Source: Nitrospirota bacterium
GTDB lineage: Bacteria; Nitrospirota; UBA9217
Direction: 5' to 3'
Assembly (NCBI GenBank): GCA_963751455.1
Contig: CAVVUN010000009.1
Span: 96,001-160,000, forward strand
DNA: 64,000 nt
The notes under the pieces are model-generated. The model saw only the letters and a list, made by a program, of their open reading frames with translations. It was not told the DNA's origin and ran no database searches. A program made the position numbers and the translations under genes. Below, piece after piece: positions 1 through 9,866 of this stretch. Each line of letters begins with the position of its first letter. The first letter of the stretch is position 1.

Positions 1-417
1 GGCATCTCGGCGCTCAATGCGAGCGCTTCCCGCCTGGGTGCTCCGCTGATGCACGACTTCGCCTGCATCAGCCTCTCGGACAGGCTTACGCCATGGGACA
101 TGATCGAAAAGCGGCTTGAAGCAGCCGCGGCAGCGGACTTTGTCATTGTCCTCTATAATCCGCGGAGCAAAGGCAGGGCTGGTCACGTAAACAAGGCACG
201 GGAGATTATTCTGAAGCACCGCTCGTCGGCGACTGTTGTCGGCATCGTCAAGGGCGCCATGCGGAATAATGAGACAATCATGGTAACGGATCTGCAAACC
301 ATGAAAGACGACGATATAGATATGCAGACGACTGTTATTATCGGAAATTCGAAAACCTTCGCGTGGAACAACTTTATGATTACGCCCCGTGGATATGACA
401 ACAAATTCAAAATTTGA
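1..417 (+). CDS. cobJ: Precorrin-3B C17-methyltransferase, 3' part (5' end outside the window)
   Basis: Frame open from base 1 (GISALNASASRLGAPLMHDF); motifs ISLSDRLTPW, LYNPRS, DMQTTVIIGNS, MITPRGY. Confidence 0.9.
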   Translation, partial: GISALNASASRLGAPLMHDFACISLSDRLTPWDMIEKRLEAAAAADFVIVLYNPRSKGRAGHVNKAREIILKHRSSATVVGIVKGAMRNNETIMVTDLQTMKDDDIDMQTTVIIGNSKTFAWNNFMITPRGYDNKFKI

Positions 418-1732
418 AATTCAAAATTCAAAATTGAAACCGGCGGCCCTGCTATGGGATGAGTCGTTTCTCTGGGGATTGATGGCGTATAGGGCTTTAA
501 CAGCGAACGGCCTTTTGTTCGATCTTATTCGCTCCGAGGACGTAAGGAACGGCGGCCTGAAAAAGTACAGCCTCCTTTTTGTTCCGGGGGGCTGGGCATC
601 CAACAAGATAAAGGCGCTCGGCGACGCAGGCGTCTCTGAAATAAAGGCATTTGTCCGTGAAGGAGGCGCTTATCTTGGATTTTGCGGAGGGGCAGGCCTT
701 GCGACCATGGACGGCATGGAACTGCTGCCGGTTAAGAGAAGAGCGACGAAAGACCGAGTGCCGAGCTTCAGCGGCCGGATCAGGCTTGATACATGCGACC
801 ATGCTCTCTGGCAGGGGATTTCCGATCCGGTCTTCAATGCCTGGTGGCCTTCGCAGTTTGTTATAGACGAAAGCGTATCCGTGCTTGCCGCCTACGGCTC
901 GGCGCTGCCTGATTCCTTCAGCTCCGATATCAATGTCGGCGATGTTGAAGCGAATGGCAACTGGGCAGAGCTTGAGCGGTTTTACCAGATCAATCTTGAT
1001 CCCAAACGCCTGCTCGGAGAACCCGCGGTCATCGAGGGACGGTTCGGCATGGGCAAAGTTCTTTTATCGCTTGTGCATTTTGACTCGCCGGATGACAAAA
1101 ACGGCGCAATCGCGCTGAAAAACCTGTGGAGATATCTTATCGGGGAGTGCGGGACAGATAATTCAGGATTCAGAATTAATGATAAAAAAAGCGCTGTATC
1201 GTGCATCATGCATGATGTACCAATTTCAGAGCCAATACCGGCAACATCCGGAATTGGGCCTGCTGTTGACGAGTTGATCAATCTGGGAGAACGGAACTTT
1301 CTTTGGTACTGGCGAAATCCGATGCTCCTGCAGTGGAGACGGGGTGTCAGGGGGCTTGAATACTGCACACTTTATATCATGGTAAAAGAGATCTTGCGGC
1401 TATTGTCCCGGGAGGACTTGGAACGCATTGGAAGGGAAAGCGATATAAGCCTCGAACTGGTCATTAAGTTCGTCGATAAGGCGAAAAAGCTGCTGCTCCT
1501 GGAACGCTATGCCATGCAGGGTGCCCATATTACGTATGAACGGTGCGATGTGCCCGAAATCCAGGCACTTCGAGAAGAACTATTTTCCCGTTCAAAGAGC
1601 CACGGAGGAGTCTTTAAAGAGATGATCGGTCACGTTGACCGGCTGCTCTATGCAGCACTATCGGCTACGGGAGGCAAGCGTGTAAATGAAGGGAAAAACA
1701 AAAACCATACGGGTCAATTGCCCGGTATGTAA
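389..1732 (+). CDS. BPL-N / class I glutamine amidotransferase-like domain protein
   Basis: LFVPGG...[15 protein letters not shown] nucleophile elbow; VLLSLVH; start may be ATG 395. Confidence 0.65.
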   Translation: MDMTTNSKFEIQNSKLKPAALLWDESFLWGLMAYRALTANGLLFDLIRSEDVRNGGLKKYSLLFVPGGWASNKIKALGDAGVSEIKAFVREGGAYLGFCGGAGLATMDGMELLPVKRRATKDRVPSFSGRIRLDTCDHALWQGISDPVFNAWWPSQFVIDESVSVLAAYGSALPDSFSSDINVGDVEANGNWAELERFYQINLDPKRLLGEPAVIEGRFGMGKVLLSLVHFDSPDDKNGAIALKNLWRYLIGECGTDNSGFRINDKKSAVSCIMHDVPISEPIPATSGIGPAVDELINLGERNFLWYWRNPMLLQWRRGVRGLEYCTLYIMVKEILRLLSREDLERIGRESDISLELVIKFVDKAKKLLLLERYAMQGAHITYERCDVPEIQALREELFSRSKSHGGVFKEMIGHVDRLLYAALSATGGKRVNEGKNKNHTGQLPGM

Positions 1733-1895
1733 AAAACAGACAACATGGGAAAACAACGCGTTCAGGCCTTTCTGCTCGGAGCGGTGCAGATTGATTGACC
1801 TTGGGAAGTGGGCATCAGAAGACTACCGGATTCCGGGTGAGAAGAAGGATATTCCCGATGGCGGCGATGACGAAAAAAAAGACGAAGAGAGGTAG
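1686..1895 (+). CDS. yacG: DNA gyrase inhibitor YacG
   Basis: CPVC...[17 protein letters not shown] zinc-finger signature. Confidence 0.9.
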   Translation: MKGKTKTIRVNCPVCKKQTTWENNAFRPFCSERCRLIDLGKWASEDYRIPGEKKDIPDGGDDEKKDEER

Positions 1896-1970
1896 AAAAT
1901 TTTTTTAAAATAGACTACAATGTACCTCGATTTGGATATTCATGACGTCTTCGGGTAGGAGGCCTGCTGC

Positions 1971-3239
1971 ATGGAGGTAAGGTGTGGAAGCTGCAATAAG
2001 CTCTTCCGTGTATCGGATGACAAAATAACCGGGACCGGCATCAGGTTCGGCTGCACGAAGTGCGGCCAGCATATCAAGATCACACGCGAGGATTTTGAAC
2101 AGTATAAAACCTCTTCAGCGGCTTCGCGGCCGGTCATGCCGCCTCCAGCAAAACCCGTTCAGCCGTCAGTGAAAACGGCTATGCCGGAAGTATCGGATGC
2201 GGGGACCTCCGCTTCAGCTTTGGAGCACGATCTTGGTGCGGCTCTCCCGTCGTTCATGCACGAGGAACCCACGCAGTCTTCCGCTCTCCACGAACCTGTA
2301 GTTCCGTCCGGGCCTGCAGATGCTGGTTTATCCGGCGGTCACGATCTGGGTAAATCGCTGCCGTCATTCCTCAATGAGGTAGACGTTCCAGCACCGGTGG
2401 CTCATGCCGAAGCGCCCAAAATAAAGCCTGCTGAGACCGTTTCGCATCCCGAACGGAAGACCGAACCCGTTGCAAAAACTGCTGAACCAAAGGCGGCCCC
2501 TGCTCCAAAACCGCCTGATGCAGTAAAGACCGAGGCTGCTCCCAAGCCTCAAATTAAACCGGCAAGCCCCGATGTCCGGACCGTTGTCCGGCCCCCGCAG
2601 CCGGCGTCCATCCCATCTGCACCGTCACCTCGAGCTCCGGAAATGAAAGCTCCTGAGCCCATTGCCGGCCCCCCTAAGGCGGCTTCCTCCTCCGGAACAG
2701 GGAAAAAACTGCTGGTTCTTGTTGTTGTACTTATCCTGGTTGCCGGCGCTGGATTCGGAGCGAAATGGTATCTGGATAACCGGGCGCCCCAGGCGCCTGT
2801 TGAAGCACAGAAGAGCACGTTGCTTCCTGACGGCCTGCGTATTGTCAATCCAACAGGTGCAATGGACGGGGTAAGCGGAGATCTTATAATCGCAGGCGTC
2901 GTTGAAAATACGACCGATAAACCAAAACCCGCCTGGTATGTGGTCATCGACGTGTACAATGCCCAGAACGCAATTATCGCGAAGGTCAAGGTGCTGAACG
3001 GCAAGCAGATCCATACGCGCCGCGATTACGATATCCTGTCAAAGCGTGGTGTCAATGTCAAGGAACTCATTCAAAAAAGCCTTCAGGATCAGGGTACGGT
3101 CGTTCCCGCAAACGGTAATGCCGGTTTTGAAATACGCCTGATGGAACCGCCGGTCGGAGTTGCCAGTTTCAACGCCACACTCCAGCCCTTCAATCCCGTT
3201 CAATTATTTAAAGAAATAGCTGAAGAGCAAAAACAGTAA
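1971..3239 (+). CDS. MJ0042-type zinc-ribbon protein with Pro-rich linker, one TM helix and a periplasmic Ig-like domain
   Basis: N-terminal CGSC...CTKC; Pro/Ala-rich middle; LLVLVVVLILVAG; C-terminal GVVEN. Confidence 0.7.
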   Translation: MEVRCGSCNKLFRVSDDKITGTGIRFGCTKCGQHIKITREDFEQYKTSSAASRPVMPPPAKPVQPSVKTAMPEVSDAGTSASALEHDLGAALPSFMHEEPTQSSALHEPVVPSGPADAGLSGGHDLGKSLPSFLNEVDVPAPVAHAEAPKIKPAETVSHPERKTEPVAKTAEPKAAPAPKPPDAVKTEAAPKPQIKPASPDVRTVVRPPQPASIPSAPSPRAPEMKAPEPIAGPPKAASSSGTGKKLLVLVVVLILVAGAGFGAKWYLDNRAPQAPVEAQKSTLLPDGLRIVNPTGAMDGVSGDLIIAGVVENTTDKPKPAWYVVIDVYNAQNAIIAKVKVLNGKQIHTRRDYDILSKRGVNVKELIQKSLQDQGTVVPANGNAGFEIRLMEPPVGVASFNATLQPFNPVQLFKEIAEEQKQ

Positions 3240-3423
3240 TCTACAACGGACAAGCGATCGGTACGCCAGCCTGCTGCGCGGAGAAACGGCCCAGAGCCTC
3301 CGGTCTTATATCCAATTCGGCTACCGTTCGTTCGGACATATAACATGCGTTCGAGCAAAAAATCTGTTGAAAAATACCCATGCTTAATGTATTGTTCTAA
3401 TTCAGTCTTTTAACATTTTCCCC

Positions 3424-3451
3424 TTGACAAATACTGTGGCTGTGCTATAAA
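3424..3451 (+). promoter_or_regulatory. Sigma70-type promoter of metK
   Basis: TTGACA-16 nt-TATAAA with TG extended -10. Confidence 0.6.
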
Positions 3452-3490
3452 TGCAAAATTTTTGAGGTCGAGAGAACGGGAGGAACTCAG

Positions 3491-4654
3491 ATGAGCAGTT
3501 GCAGCAGAAATTATCTTTTTACTTCGGAATCGGTTACCGAGGGGCATCCAGACAAAATAGCCGATCAGATTTCAGATGCGATACTCGACGCCCTGTTAAA
3601 GCAAGACCCGATGAGCCGTGTTGCATGCGAGACGCTTCTGACCACAGGACTTGCCATGGTTGCCGGTGAGATCACCACGAAGGGATATGTTGAGATCCCG
3701 GATATCGTCCGTCAGACCATCAAGGAGATAGGGTATACCCGGGCTAAGTACGGGTTCGATTCCGAAACCTGCGCGGTCATTACCTCGGTGCATTCCCAGT
3801 CGCCCGACATCGCCATGGGCGTGGACACCGGCGGCGCCGGCGACCAGGGCCTCATGTTCGGTTATGCCTGCGACGAGACGCCTGAACTGATGCCTATGAC
3901 CATTATGCTTGCGCACAAACTCACCCGTCGTCTTTCGGAAGTACGCAAGAAGGAGATCCTGCCTTATTTAAGGCCCGACGGCAAGTCCCAAGTGACCATT
4001 GAGTATCGGGACGGCAAACCCTACCGGCTCCATACGATCGTGGTTTCGTCCCAGCACAGCCCCGACGTAACGCTCAAACAACTGCGCAAGGAGATTATCG
4101 AGAAGGTCATTCTTCCGGTGCTTCCGAAGAAACTTCTTGATGAGAAGACCATCATCTACCACATAAATCCCACAGGCAGGTTCGTAACCGGCGGCCCCAT
4201 GGGCGATACGGGCCTTACCGGCCGCAAGATCATCGTCGACACGTACGGCGGCGTGGGGAGCCACGGCGGCGGCTGCTTCTCGGGCAAGGACCCGACGAAG
4301 GTCGACCGTTCAGCCTCCTACATGGCGCGCTATGTCGCGAAGAACATCGTTGCCTCGGGCATCGCCACGGAGTGCGAAGTGCAGCTTGCCTATGCCATCG
4401 GCGTTCCCGATCCGGTCTCGATCCATGTGGATCATTTCGGCACCAGCGAGGTCGATCATGATACACTGGTCAAGATCATCAGAAAGAACTTCGACATGAC
4501 CCCGAAAGGCATTGTGAAGACGCTGAACCTGAGGCGGCCGATTTATAAGAAGACCGCAGCCTACGGCCACTTCGGCAGGACCGAGCCTGAGTTCACCTGG
4601 GAAAAAACGGACAAAGCCGCGAAGCTCAAAAAGGACGCGGGAGTGAAGAAATAG
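3491..4654 (+). CDS. metK: S-adenosylmethionine synthetase
   Basis: [35 protein letters not shown]. Confidence 0.98.
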   Translation: MSSCSRNYLFTSESVTEGHPDKIADQISDAILDALLKQDPMSRVACETLLTTGLAMVAGEITTKGYVEIPDIVRQTIKEIGYTRAKYGFDSETCAVITSVHSQSPDIAMGVDTGGAGDQGLMFGYACDETPELMPMTIMLAHKLTRRLSEVRKKEILPYLRPDGKSQVTIEYRDGKPYRLHTIVVSSQHSPDVTLKQLRKEIIEKVILPVLPKKLLDEKTIIYHINPTGRFVTGGPMGDTGLTGRKIIVDTYGGVGSHGGGCFSGKDPTKVDRSASYMARYVAKNIVASGIATECEVQLAYAIGVPDPVSIHVDHFGTSEVDHDTLVKIIRKNFDMTPKGIVKTLNLRRPIYKKTAAYGHFGRTEPEFTWEKTDKAAKLKKDAGVKK

Positions 4655-4829
4655 CTGATTGCGCCTTGCACTCGCGCCTGCATAGCCTGTATTCGCGCAA
4701 GCATAAGGCTTAGACCCTTTGTTTACCATCTCGCTAGGTAAGGCTTAGACTCATTGTCGTACCCTCGCACTGGGAAATGCGAGGGGAATCAATGACCGCA
4801 GAGACGGGAATCAAGGACCTCATAAACGT

Positions 4830-4865
4830 ACCCTGCATTCGCGCGGAGCACTCATATGCGCTGGG
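4830..4865. repeat. 36-bp dispersed repeat, copy 1 (copy 2 at 54693-54728)
   Basis: ACCCTGCAyTCGCGCnnnGCACTCATAyGCGCTGGG at both sites. Confidence 0.75.
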
Positions 4866-4936
4866 CACAGGCCGGGCACAGGCGAAATTTGGATTGCCGA
4901 TAGAATCCAGACTATGCGTGATGGTGTGAAAATTAT

Positions 4937-4964
4937 GTAGGGGCAGCCCTGTGTGGCTGCCCTC
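4937..4964. repeat. REP-like palindrome
   Basis: GTAG-GGGCAGCC-ctgtgt-GGCTGCCC. Confidence 0.6.
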
Positions 4965-4985
4965 AACATTGTGTGACTTATACTA

Positions 4986-5063
4986 TTTGGCCGCGAAGAG
5001 CCGGAATTCAAGTGGGAAGCCACTGACAAGGCTGCCGCATTGCGCGCAGACTCAGGAATGTAA
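4986..5063 (+). pseudogene. Orphan 3' fragment of a second, divergent metK
   Basis: Translates FGREEPEFKWEATDKAAALRADSGM*, versus resident Met[26 protein letters not shown]. Confidence 0.8.
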
Positions 5064-5081
5064 TTCAAACATCAACCCAAC

Positions 5082-5166
5082 GCCTTCGAGGGGCGCTGCA
5101 GCAGTCACCGCAAGGTGGGTCTGTCAGGCTCGATGGTGTGGTTCAATAGGTAACAACGGCGCCCAT
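5082..5166 (+). ncRNA. SAH riboswitch
   Basis: CGAGGGGCGCTGCA...CAGGCTCG...AACGGCGCCCA matches the SAH motif and pseudoknot; lies directly upstream of ahcY. Confidence 0.88.
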
Positions 5167-5193
5167 TCATTTAACTTGTGAATGGAGAGCGTT

Positions 5194-6600
5194 ATGACTA
5201 AAGACTACGTCGTTGCCGACATCAATCTGGCCTCGTGGGGCCGCAAAGAAATCGCCATCGCCGAAACTGAAATGCCCGGCCTGATGGCAATCCGTGAGGA
5301 GTTCGCCAAGACCCAGCCGCTGAAAGGCGCACGCATCACCGGCTCGCTGCACATGACCATCCAGACCGCCGTGCTGATCGAGACGCTGAAGGCGCTCGGC
5401 GCCGAGGTCCGCTGGGCTTCATGCAACATATTCTCCACCCAGGACCACGCTGCCGCCGCCATTGCCGTGGGCGGCACGCCGGTGTTCGCGGTGAAGGGCG
5501 AATCGCTGACTGAATACTGGGACTACACCCACCGCATCTTCGAATGGGCGGACGGCGGCTATTCCAACATGATCCTGGACGACGGCGGCGACGCAACACT
5601 GCTGTTGCACCTCGGTGCGCGTGCCGAGAAGGACATTCACGTGCTCGACCGCCCGGACAGCGAGGAGGCCACCGTGCTGTTCGCGTCCATCAAGGCCAAG
5701 CTCGCCAAGGACAAGACCTGGTATTCCACCCGTCTGGAGAAGATCAAGGGCGTCACCGAAGAGACCACCACCGGCGTGCACCGCCTCTACCAGATGCACG
5801 AGCGCGGTGAACTAAAGTTCCCCGCGATCAACGTCAACGACTCCGTCACCAAGTCCAAGTTCGACAACCTCTACGGCTGCCGCGAGTCGCTCGTCGACGG
5901 CATCAAGCGCGCCACCGACGTCATGATCGCCGGCAAGATCGCCGTGATCTGCGGCTACGGCGACGTAGGCAAGGGGTCGGCGCAGGCCATGCGCGCCCTC
6001 TCGGCCCAGGTCTGGGTCACCGAGATCGACCCGATCTGCGCGCTGCAGGCCGCGATGGAAGGCTACCGCGTGGTGACGATGGACTACGCCTGCGACAAGG
6101 CCGACATCTTTGTCACCTGCACCGGCAACGTCCATGTCATCGACCACGACCACATGGCGAAGATGAAGGACCAGGCCATCGTCTGCAACATCGGCCACTT
6201 CGACTCCGAGATCAACGTTGCCTCATTGGAGAAATACCAGTGGGAAGAGATCAAGCCGCAGGTCGACCACATCATCTTCCCGGACAAGAAGCGCATCATC
6301 CTGCTGGCCAAGGGGCGCCTGGTGAACCTCGGCTGCGCCACCGGCCACCCGTCCTACGTGATGTCGTCGTCGTTCGCCAACCAGACCATCGCGCAGATCG
6401 AGCTGTGGACTGAAGCGCAGAAGGGCTCCAACAAGTATCCGATTGGTGTGTATACGCTGCCAAAGCACCTCGATGAGAAGGTCGCCCGCTTGCAGCTGAA
6501 GAAGCTGAACGCGCGACTGTCCGAGCTGACCGACCAGCAGGCCGCTTACATCAACGTGCCGAAGCAAGGCCCGTACAAGTCGGAGCACTACCGCTACTAA
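5194..6600 (+). CDS. ahcY: Adenosylhomocysteinase
   Basis: [38 protein letters not shown]; GGAG SD favours ATG 5194. Confidence 0.98.
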   Translation: MTKDYVVADINLASWGRKEIAIAETEMPGLMAIREEFAKTQPLKGARITGSLHMTIQTAVLIETLKALGAEVRWASCNIFSTQDHAAAAIAVGGTPVFAVKGESLTEYWDYTHRIFEWADGGYSNMILDDGGDATLLLHLGARAEKDIHVLDRPDSEEATVLFASIKAKLAKDKTWYSTRLEKIKGVTEETTTGVHRLYQMHERGELKFPAINVNDSVTKSKFDNLYGCRESLVDGIKRATDVMIAGKIAVICGYGDVGKGSAQAMRALSAQVWVTEIDPICALQAAMEGYRVVTMDYACDKADIFVTCTGNVHVIDHDHMAKMKDQAIVCNIGHFDSEINVASLEKYQWEEIKPQVDHIIFPDKKRIILLAKGRLVNLGCATGHPSYVMSSSFANQTIAQIELWTEAQKGSNKYPIGVYTLPKHLDEKVARLQLKKLNARLSELTDQQAAYINVPKQGPYKSEHYRY

Positions 6601-6641
6601 GCGGGCTGTTACCAGCGTAACCTTGCGGCGAAGTCAGTAAT

Positions 6642-6723
6642 CAGGAGCCAGGAGAGCCGGAGAGTAGCAAGTTCAGAAGTTTTCTTCTGAATTCTGTATT
6701 CTGGCTGCTGGCTCCTTTTTTTT
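6642..6723 (+). terminator. Long hairpin plus T-tract after ahcY, built from heptamer-like repeats
   Basis: GGAGCCAG...CTGGCTCC followed by a T-run. Confidence 0.65.
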
Positions 6724-6725
6724 AT

Positions 6726-7592
6726 ATGAAAAGCTACCTCAAAATCGTCCTCGCCATGTTCATCTGGAGCACCTGGGGACTGCTGATTCGCTGGATGGCG
6801 CTTCCACCCGTCGTCGTTCTTTTTTACACGTCATTGATCGCCTGCTTTACCGTTCCCATAGCGCTGAAGCTGAAGGGAGATTTCCCGCATGCGATCTTCA
6901 GCATGAATGCATGGTATCTTTTTGCAGGGCTTGCTCTCGCTTCCATCCTGAACAATATTACTTATTTTTATTCCCTCGGGCACACTACGGTGTCGAACGC
7001 GGTCTTTACACACTACACCGCTCCGGTCATCGTAGCCTTCCTCGCACCGCTTCTGATTGCCGAACGCCTTCAACGGGTGACTCTTTTGTCGCTGCCCCTC
7101 GCTGCAGCCGGGATGGTCATGATCGTGCTTGCCGGGGGAGGACTGAACCTGAACAGCACGCATCTGCCCGGCATACTGGCAGGCACCGCATCAGGCCTGG
7201 CTTACGCACTGGTCATCGTATTTTCCCGCAAACTGAGCCAGATGCTCCTTCATCAGAAGGCGATTATCGTGCTTCTCTGGGTAACGACGATCGCGACCGC
7301 CCCTTTTGCGCTGTCCACCGACTACAGCATGAAGCCGGAATCGGCAATGCTGTTGCTGTTGACGGGGATTTTTCATTCCACAACCGCTCCGCTCATGTAC
7401 TTCAGCGCTCTGCGAAAAGTGATGGCGCAGCATGCGGCCATCCTCGGATACATTGAGCCGCTCGCCGCGATTCCGCTTGCGTTCCTGTTCCTCTCCGAGA
7501 AACCGCCTCTTATCGCCGCCTTCGGCGGCGCACTGATCCTGCTCTCCGGCTACCTCGTTGTGCATTTCAGACCTGCCCCCCCGCGCTCCTGA
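6726..7592 (+). CDS. EamA/DMT family transporter
   Basis: About 10 hydrophobic helices, duplicated EamA pattern, GYIEPL. Confidence 0.85.
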   Translation: MKSYLKIVLAMFIWSTWGLLIRWMALPPVVVLFYTSLIACFTVPIALKLKGDFPHAIFSMNAWYLFAGLALASILNNITYFYSLGHTTVSNAVFTHYTAPVIVAFLAPLLIAERLQRVTLLSLPLAAAGMVMIVLAGGGLNLNSTHLPGILAGTASGLAYALVIVFSRKLSQMLLHQKAIIVLLWVTTIATAPFALSTDYSMKPESAMLLLLTGIFHSTTAPLMYFSALRKVMAQHAAILGYIEPLAAIPLAFLFLSEKPPLIAAFGGALILLSGYLVVHFRPAPPRS

Positions 7593-7699
7593 TGCCCGCC
7601 TTGTACCAGAGAGTTCGTCACAGTAATTGATCACAATAAAATGTGCTATACTGGAAAAAATAAAACGATAGGCACTATAACAGATCGAAAGGAGAGACT

Positions 7700-8023
7700 A
7701 TGATAACAATACGTCTTGCATTTGCAGTCATTATTCCGGTGTCAGCAGTCTTTATATTCAGTGCCGCAGCACCAGCCGCGGAGCAGCCCGGGGAAGCGCT
7801 TTTCAAGAAAAATTGCGCTATGTGTCATATGAACGGCGGAAATATCATCAACCCGAAGAAGACGCTTCACAAAAAAGAGCTGGAAGCCAGGAATATAAAA
7901 GCGGCCAATGATATCGTCAAGGCCATGAGAAATCCGGGACCCGGGATGTCGAAGTTCGATGAGAAGACCATACCGGATAAGCAGGCCCGAGAGATTGCCG
8001 ACTATATTTTGAAAACATTTTAG
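7700..8023 (+). CDS. Cytochrome c6-like monoheme cytochrome
   Basis: Signal peptide; GEALFKKNCAMCH; GGN...KTL; PGM axial Met. Confidence 0.85.
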   Translation: MITIRLAFAVIIPVSAVFIFSAAAPAAEQPGEALFKKNCAMCHMNGGNIINPKKTLHKKELEARNIKAANDIVKAMRNPGPGMSKFDEKTIPDKQAREIADYILKTF

Positions 8024-8155
8024 CCACCCACGGTATCTCGCCGGTTATCCCTTTCATAATTATGACCGGGCAATGACCGGCCGTCTCGTCCACCTTGATG
8101 GGCTCCAGTAACAAAAGTGCCCGTTCTCTTAATGAAACCTGTATGGAAATACCCC

Positions 8156-8566
8156 ATGGATGATGCGATGGAAGGCTCAAAAAAGGCGACATCAGGCAAC
8201 CGAAGGGTCTATCTGGCAAATGAAAGGACTTTTCTCGCCTGGATACGAACCAGCATCGGGATCATGGCTTTCGGTTTTGTTGTAGAGCGTTTTGCCCTTT
8301 TCATGAAGCAGTTTTCCTATCTTATCGGGACAGCGGCTGAAACTTCCCACCTGCAAGAAGGCCATTCGTATTCCTGGATATTCGGGATTGTTCTTATCGG
8401 CTTCGGCGTACTTATCGCCGTCCTTTCTTTCATCCGCTATAAAAAAAGAGAGCAGCAAATAGAAGAAAATACGTTCGATACCTCATCGTCTCTTGCCTTG
8501 GTTCTTGTCCTGTCCGTTACGCTTGCCGGAATAGTTTTGATCATTTTTATACTCCGCAGTATTTAG
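8156..8566 (+). CDS. DUF202/YidH family membrane protein
   Basis: LANERTFLAWIRT; start uncertain (8117-8168). Confidence 0.85.
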   Translation: MDDAMEGSKKATSGNRRVYLANERTFLAWIRTSIGIMAFGFVVERFALFMKQFSYLIGTAAETSHLQEGHSYSWIFGIVLIGFGVLIAVLSFIRYKKREQQIEENTFDTSSSLALVLVLSVTLAGIVLIIFILRSI

Positions 8567-8620
8567 CCAGCAGATGATACGGCTCCTTGTCTCCAACCGT
8601 GCTTAAATAATTGCCGACGA

Positions 8621-8649
8621 TTGACAAGCGATATAGTGCGTCATAGACT
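8621..8649 (+). promoter_or_regulatory. Sigma70-type promoter of hydrogenase operon 1
   Basis: TTGACA-17 nt-TAGACT. Confidence 0.6.
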
Positions 8650-8698
8650 AAATATCAAGAACTAAATATGCTCAAATGGACCTTTGAGGAGGTGCTCC

Positions 8699-9778
8699 AT
8701 GGAGGATGACACTCTTTACAAAAGTCTTAAGAAAAGGGGTGTATCGAGAAGGGAATTTATACAATTCTGTGCATCGATGGCCGCTACTCTGGCGCTGCCT
8801 CCTACTTTTGTAGCGACAATAGCAGAGGCCCTTGAGAAAGCCAAGAAGCCTACGGTAGTATGGCTCGAATTTCAAGACTGCTGCGGCGATACTGAATCCA
8901 TGCTGAGAGCATGGAAGCCGAGCATCGGGCAGCTGGTGCTCGATATCATATCCCTCGATTATCATGAGACCATCATGGCGCCGGCCGGCAAACAGGCCGA
9001 GAAATCGCTCTATGACGTGGTTAAAAATCAGAAAGGAAAATATCTCGTCGTTGTGGAGGGTGCGATACCGCGAAAAGACGGGGGGGTATATTGCACGATC
9101 GGAGGCAGAACCGCAGTACAGATTGCAAAAGAAGTGTGCGGCAATGCAGCCGCTTCCCTGGCTGTCGGGTCGTGCGCAGTATGGGGAGGCATCGCATCAC
9201 CGCGTCCCAACCCGACCGGAGCAGTAGGCCTTGAGGATGTTGTGGGCGGCGCGATCGTAAATCTCCCCGGCTGCCCGATGAATGTCGATAATGTTACTGC
9301 CACGATAGTCCACTACCTTACCTTCGGATCGTGGCCGCAGCTCGACAGCCGAAAGCGACCGCTCTTCGCGCACGGTGTCAGGGTCCATGATAAATGCGAA
9401 CGCAGGGCCAATTTCGACGCAGGCCAGTTTGTGAGGCAATGGGGTGATGAAGGCCACCGGAAGGGCTGGTGTCTTTATGAAATGGGCTGCAAAGGTCCTG
9501 AGGCATATTTCAACTGCCCAAGCGTCCGGTGGAACGAACATACCAGCTGGCCTGTTAAAGGCGGTCATGGCTGCATAGCATGCGCAGCGGATCATAACTG
9601 GGATAAAATGTCGCCAATGTATGCGAGGCTGCCCGGTGTTCCGGGATTCGGAATCAATAGTACTGCGGACAAAGTCGGGGCCGGCATAGCAGTAGCTACA
9701 GCTGCCGGGTTAATAGCCCATGGCATCGGAAGGGCTGCAGCGAAAAAGAAAGAACGGGATGAAGGAACGCCGGAGTAG
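8699..9778 (+). CDS. Group 1 [NiFe]-hydrogenase small subunit 1 (Tat signal, C-terminal TM anchor)
   Basis: SRREF Tat motif; QDCCGD, GSCA, PGCP, HDKCERR, CLYEMGCKGP, GCIAC; SD AGGAGG before ATG 8699. Confidence 0.93.
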   Translation: MEDDTLYKSLKKRGVSRREFIQFCASMAATLALPPTFVATIAEALEKAKKPTVVWLEFQDCCGDTESMLRAWKPSIGQLVLDIISLDYHETIMAPAGKQAEKSLYDVVKNQKGKYLVVVEGAIPRKDGGVYCTIGGRTAVQIAKEVCGNAAASLAVGSCAVWGGIASPRPNPTGAVGLEDVVGGAIVNLPGCPMNVDNVTATIVHYLTFGSWPQLDSRKRPLFAHGVRVHDKCERRANFDAGQFVRQWGDEGHRKGWCLYEMGCKGPEAYFNCPSVRWNEHTSWPVKGGHGCIACAADHNWDKMSPMYARLPGVPGFGINSTADKVGAGIAVATAAGLIAHGIGRAAAKKKERDEGTPE

Positions 9779-9866
9779 AGGAATAAAATAGAATTTCAAA
9801 TACTGTATTTGAATATTATATCCGGATTTAGATATTCGAGCTTAGTATTTTCTAAAGGAGGATCTC

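Noticed and set aside
4704-4775. Possible mini CRISPR array
   Set aside because: Only two 12-bp repeats with mutually similar spacers; no cas genes in the window.
8860-9200. O2-tolerant [4Fe-3S] six-Cys proximal cluster
   Set aside because: The extra Cys is at the wrong position (CCGD rather than CxCC) and the second supernumerary Cys is absent (GSCAVWGG).
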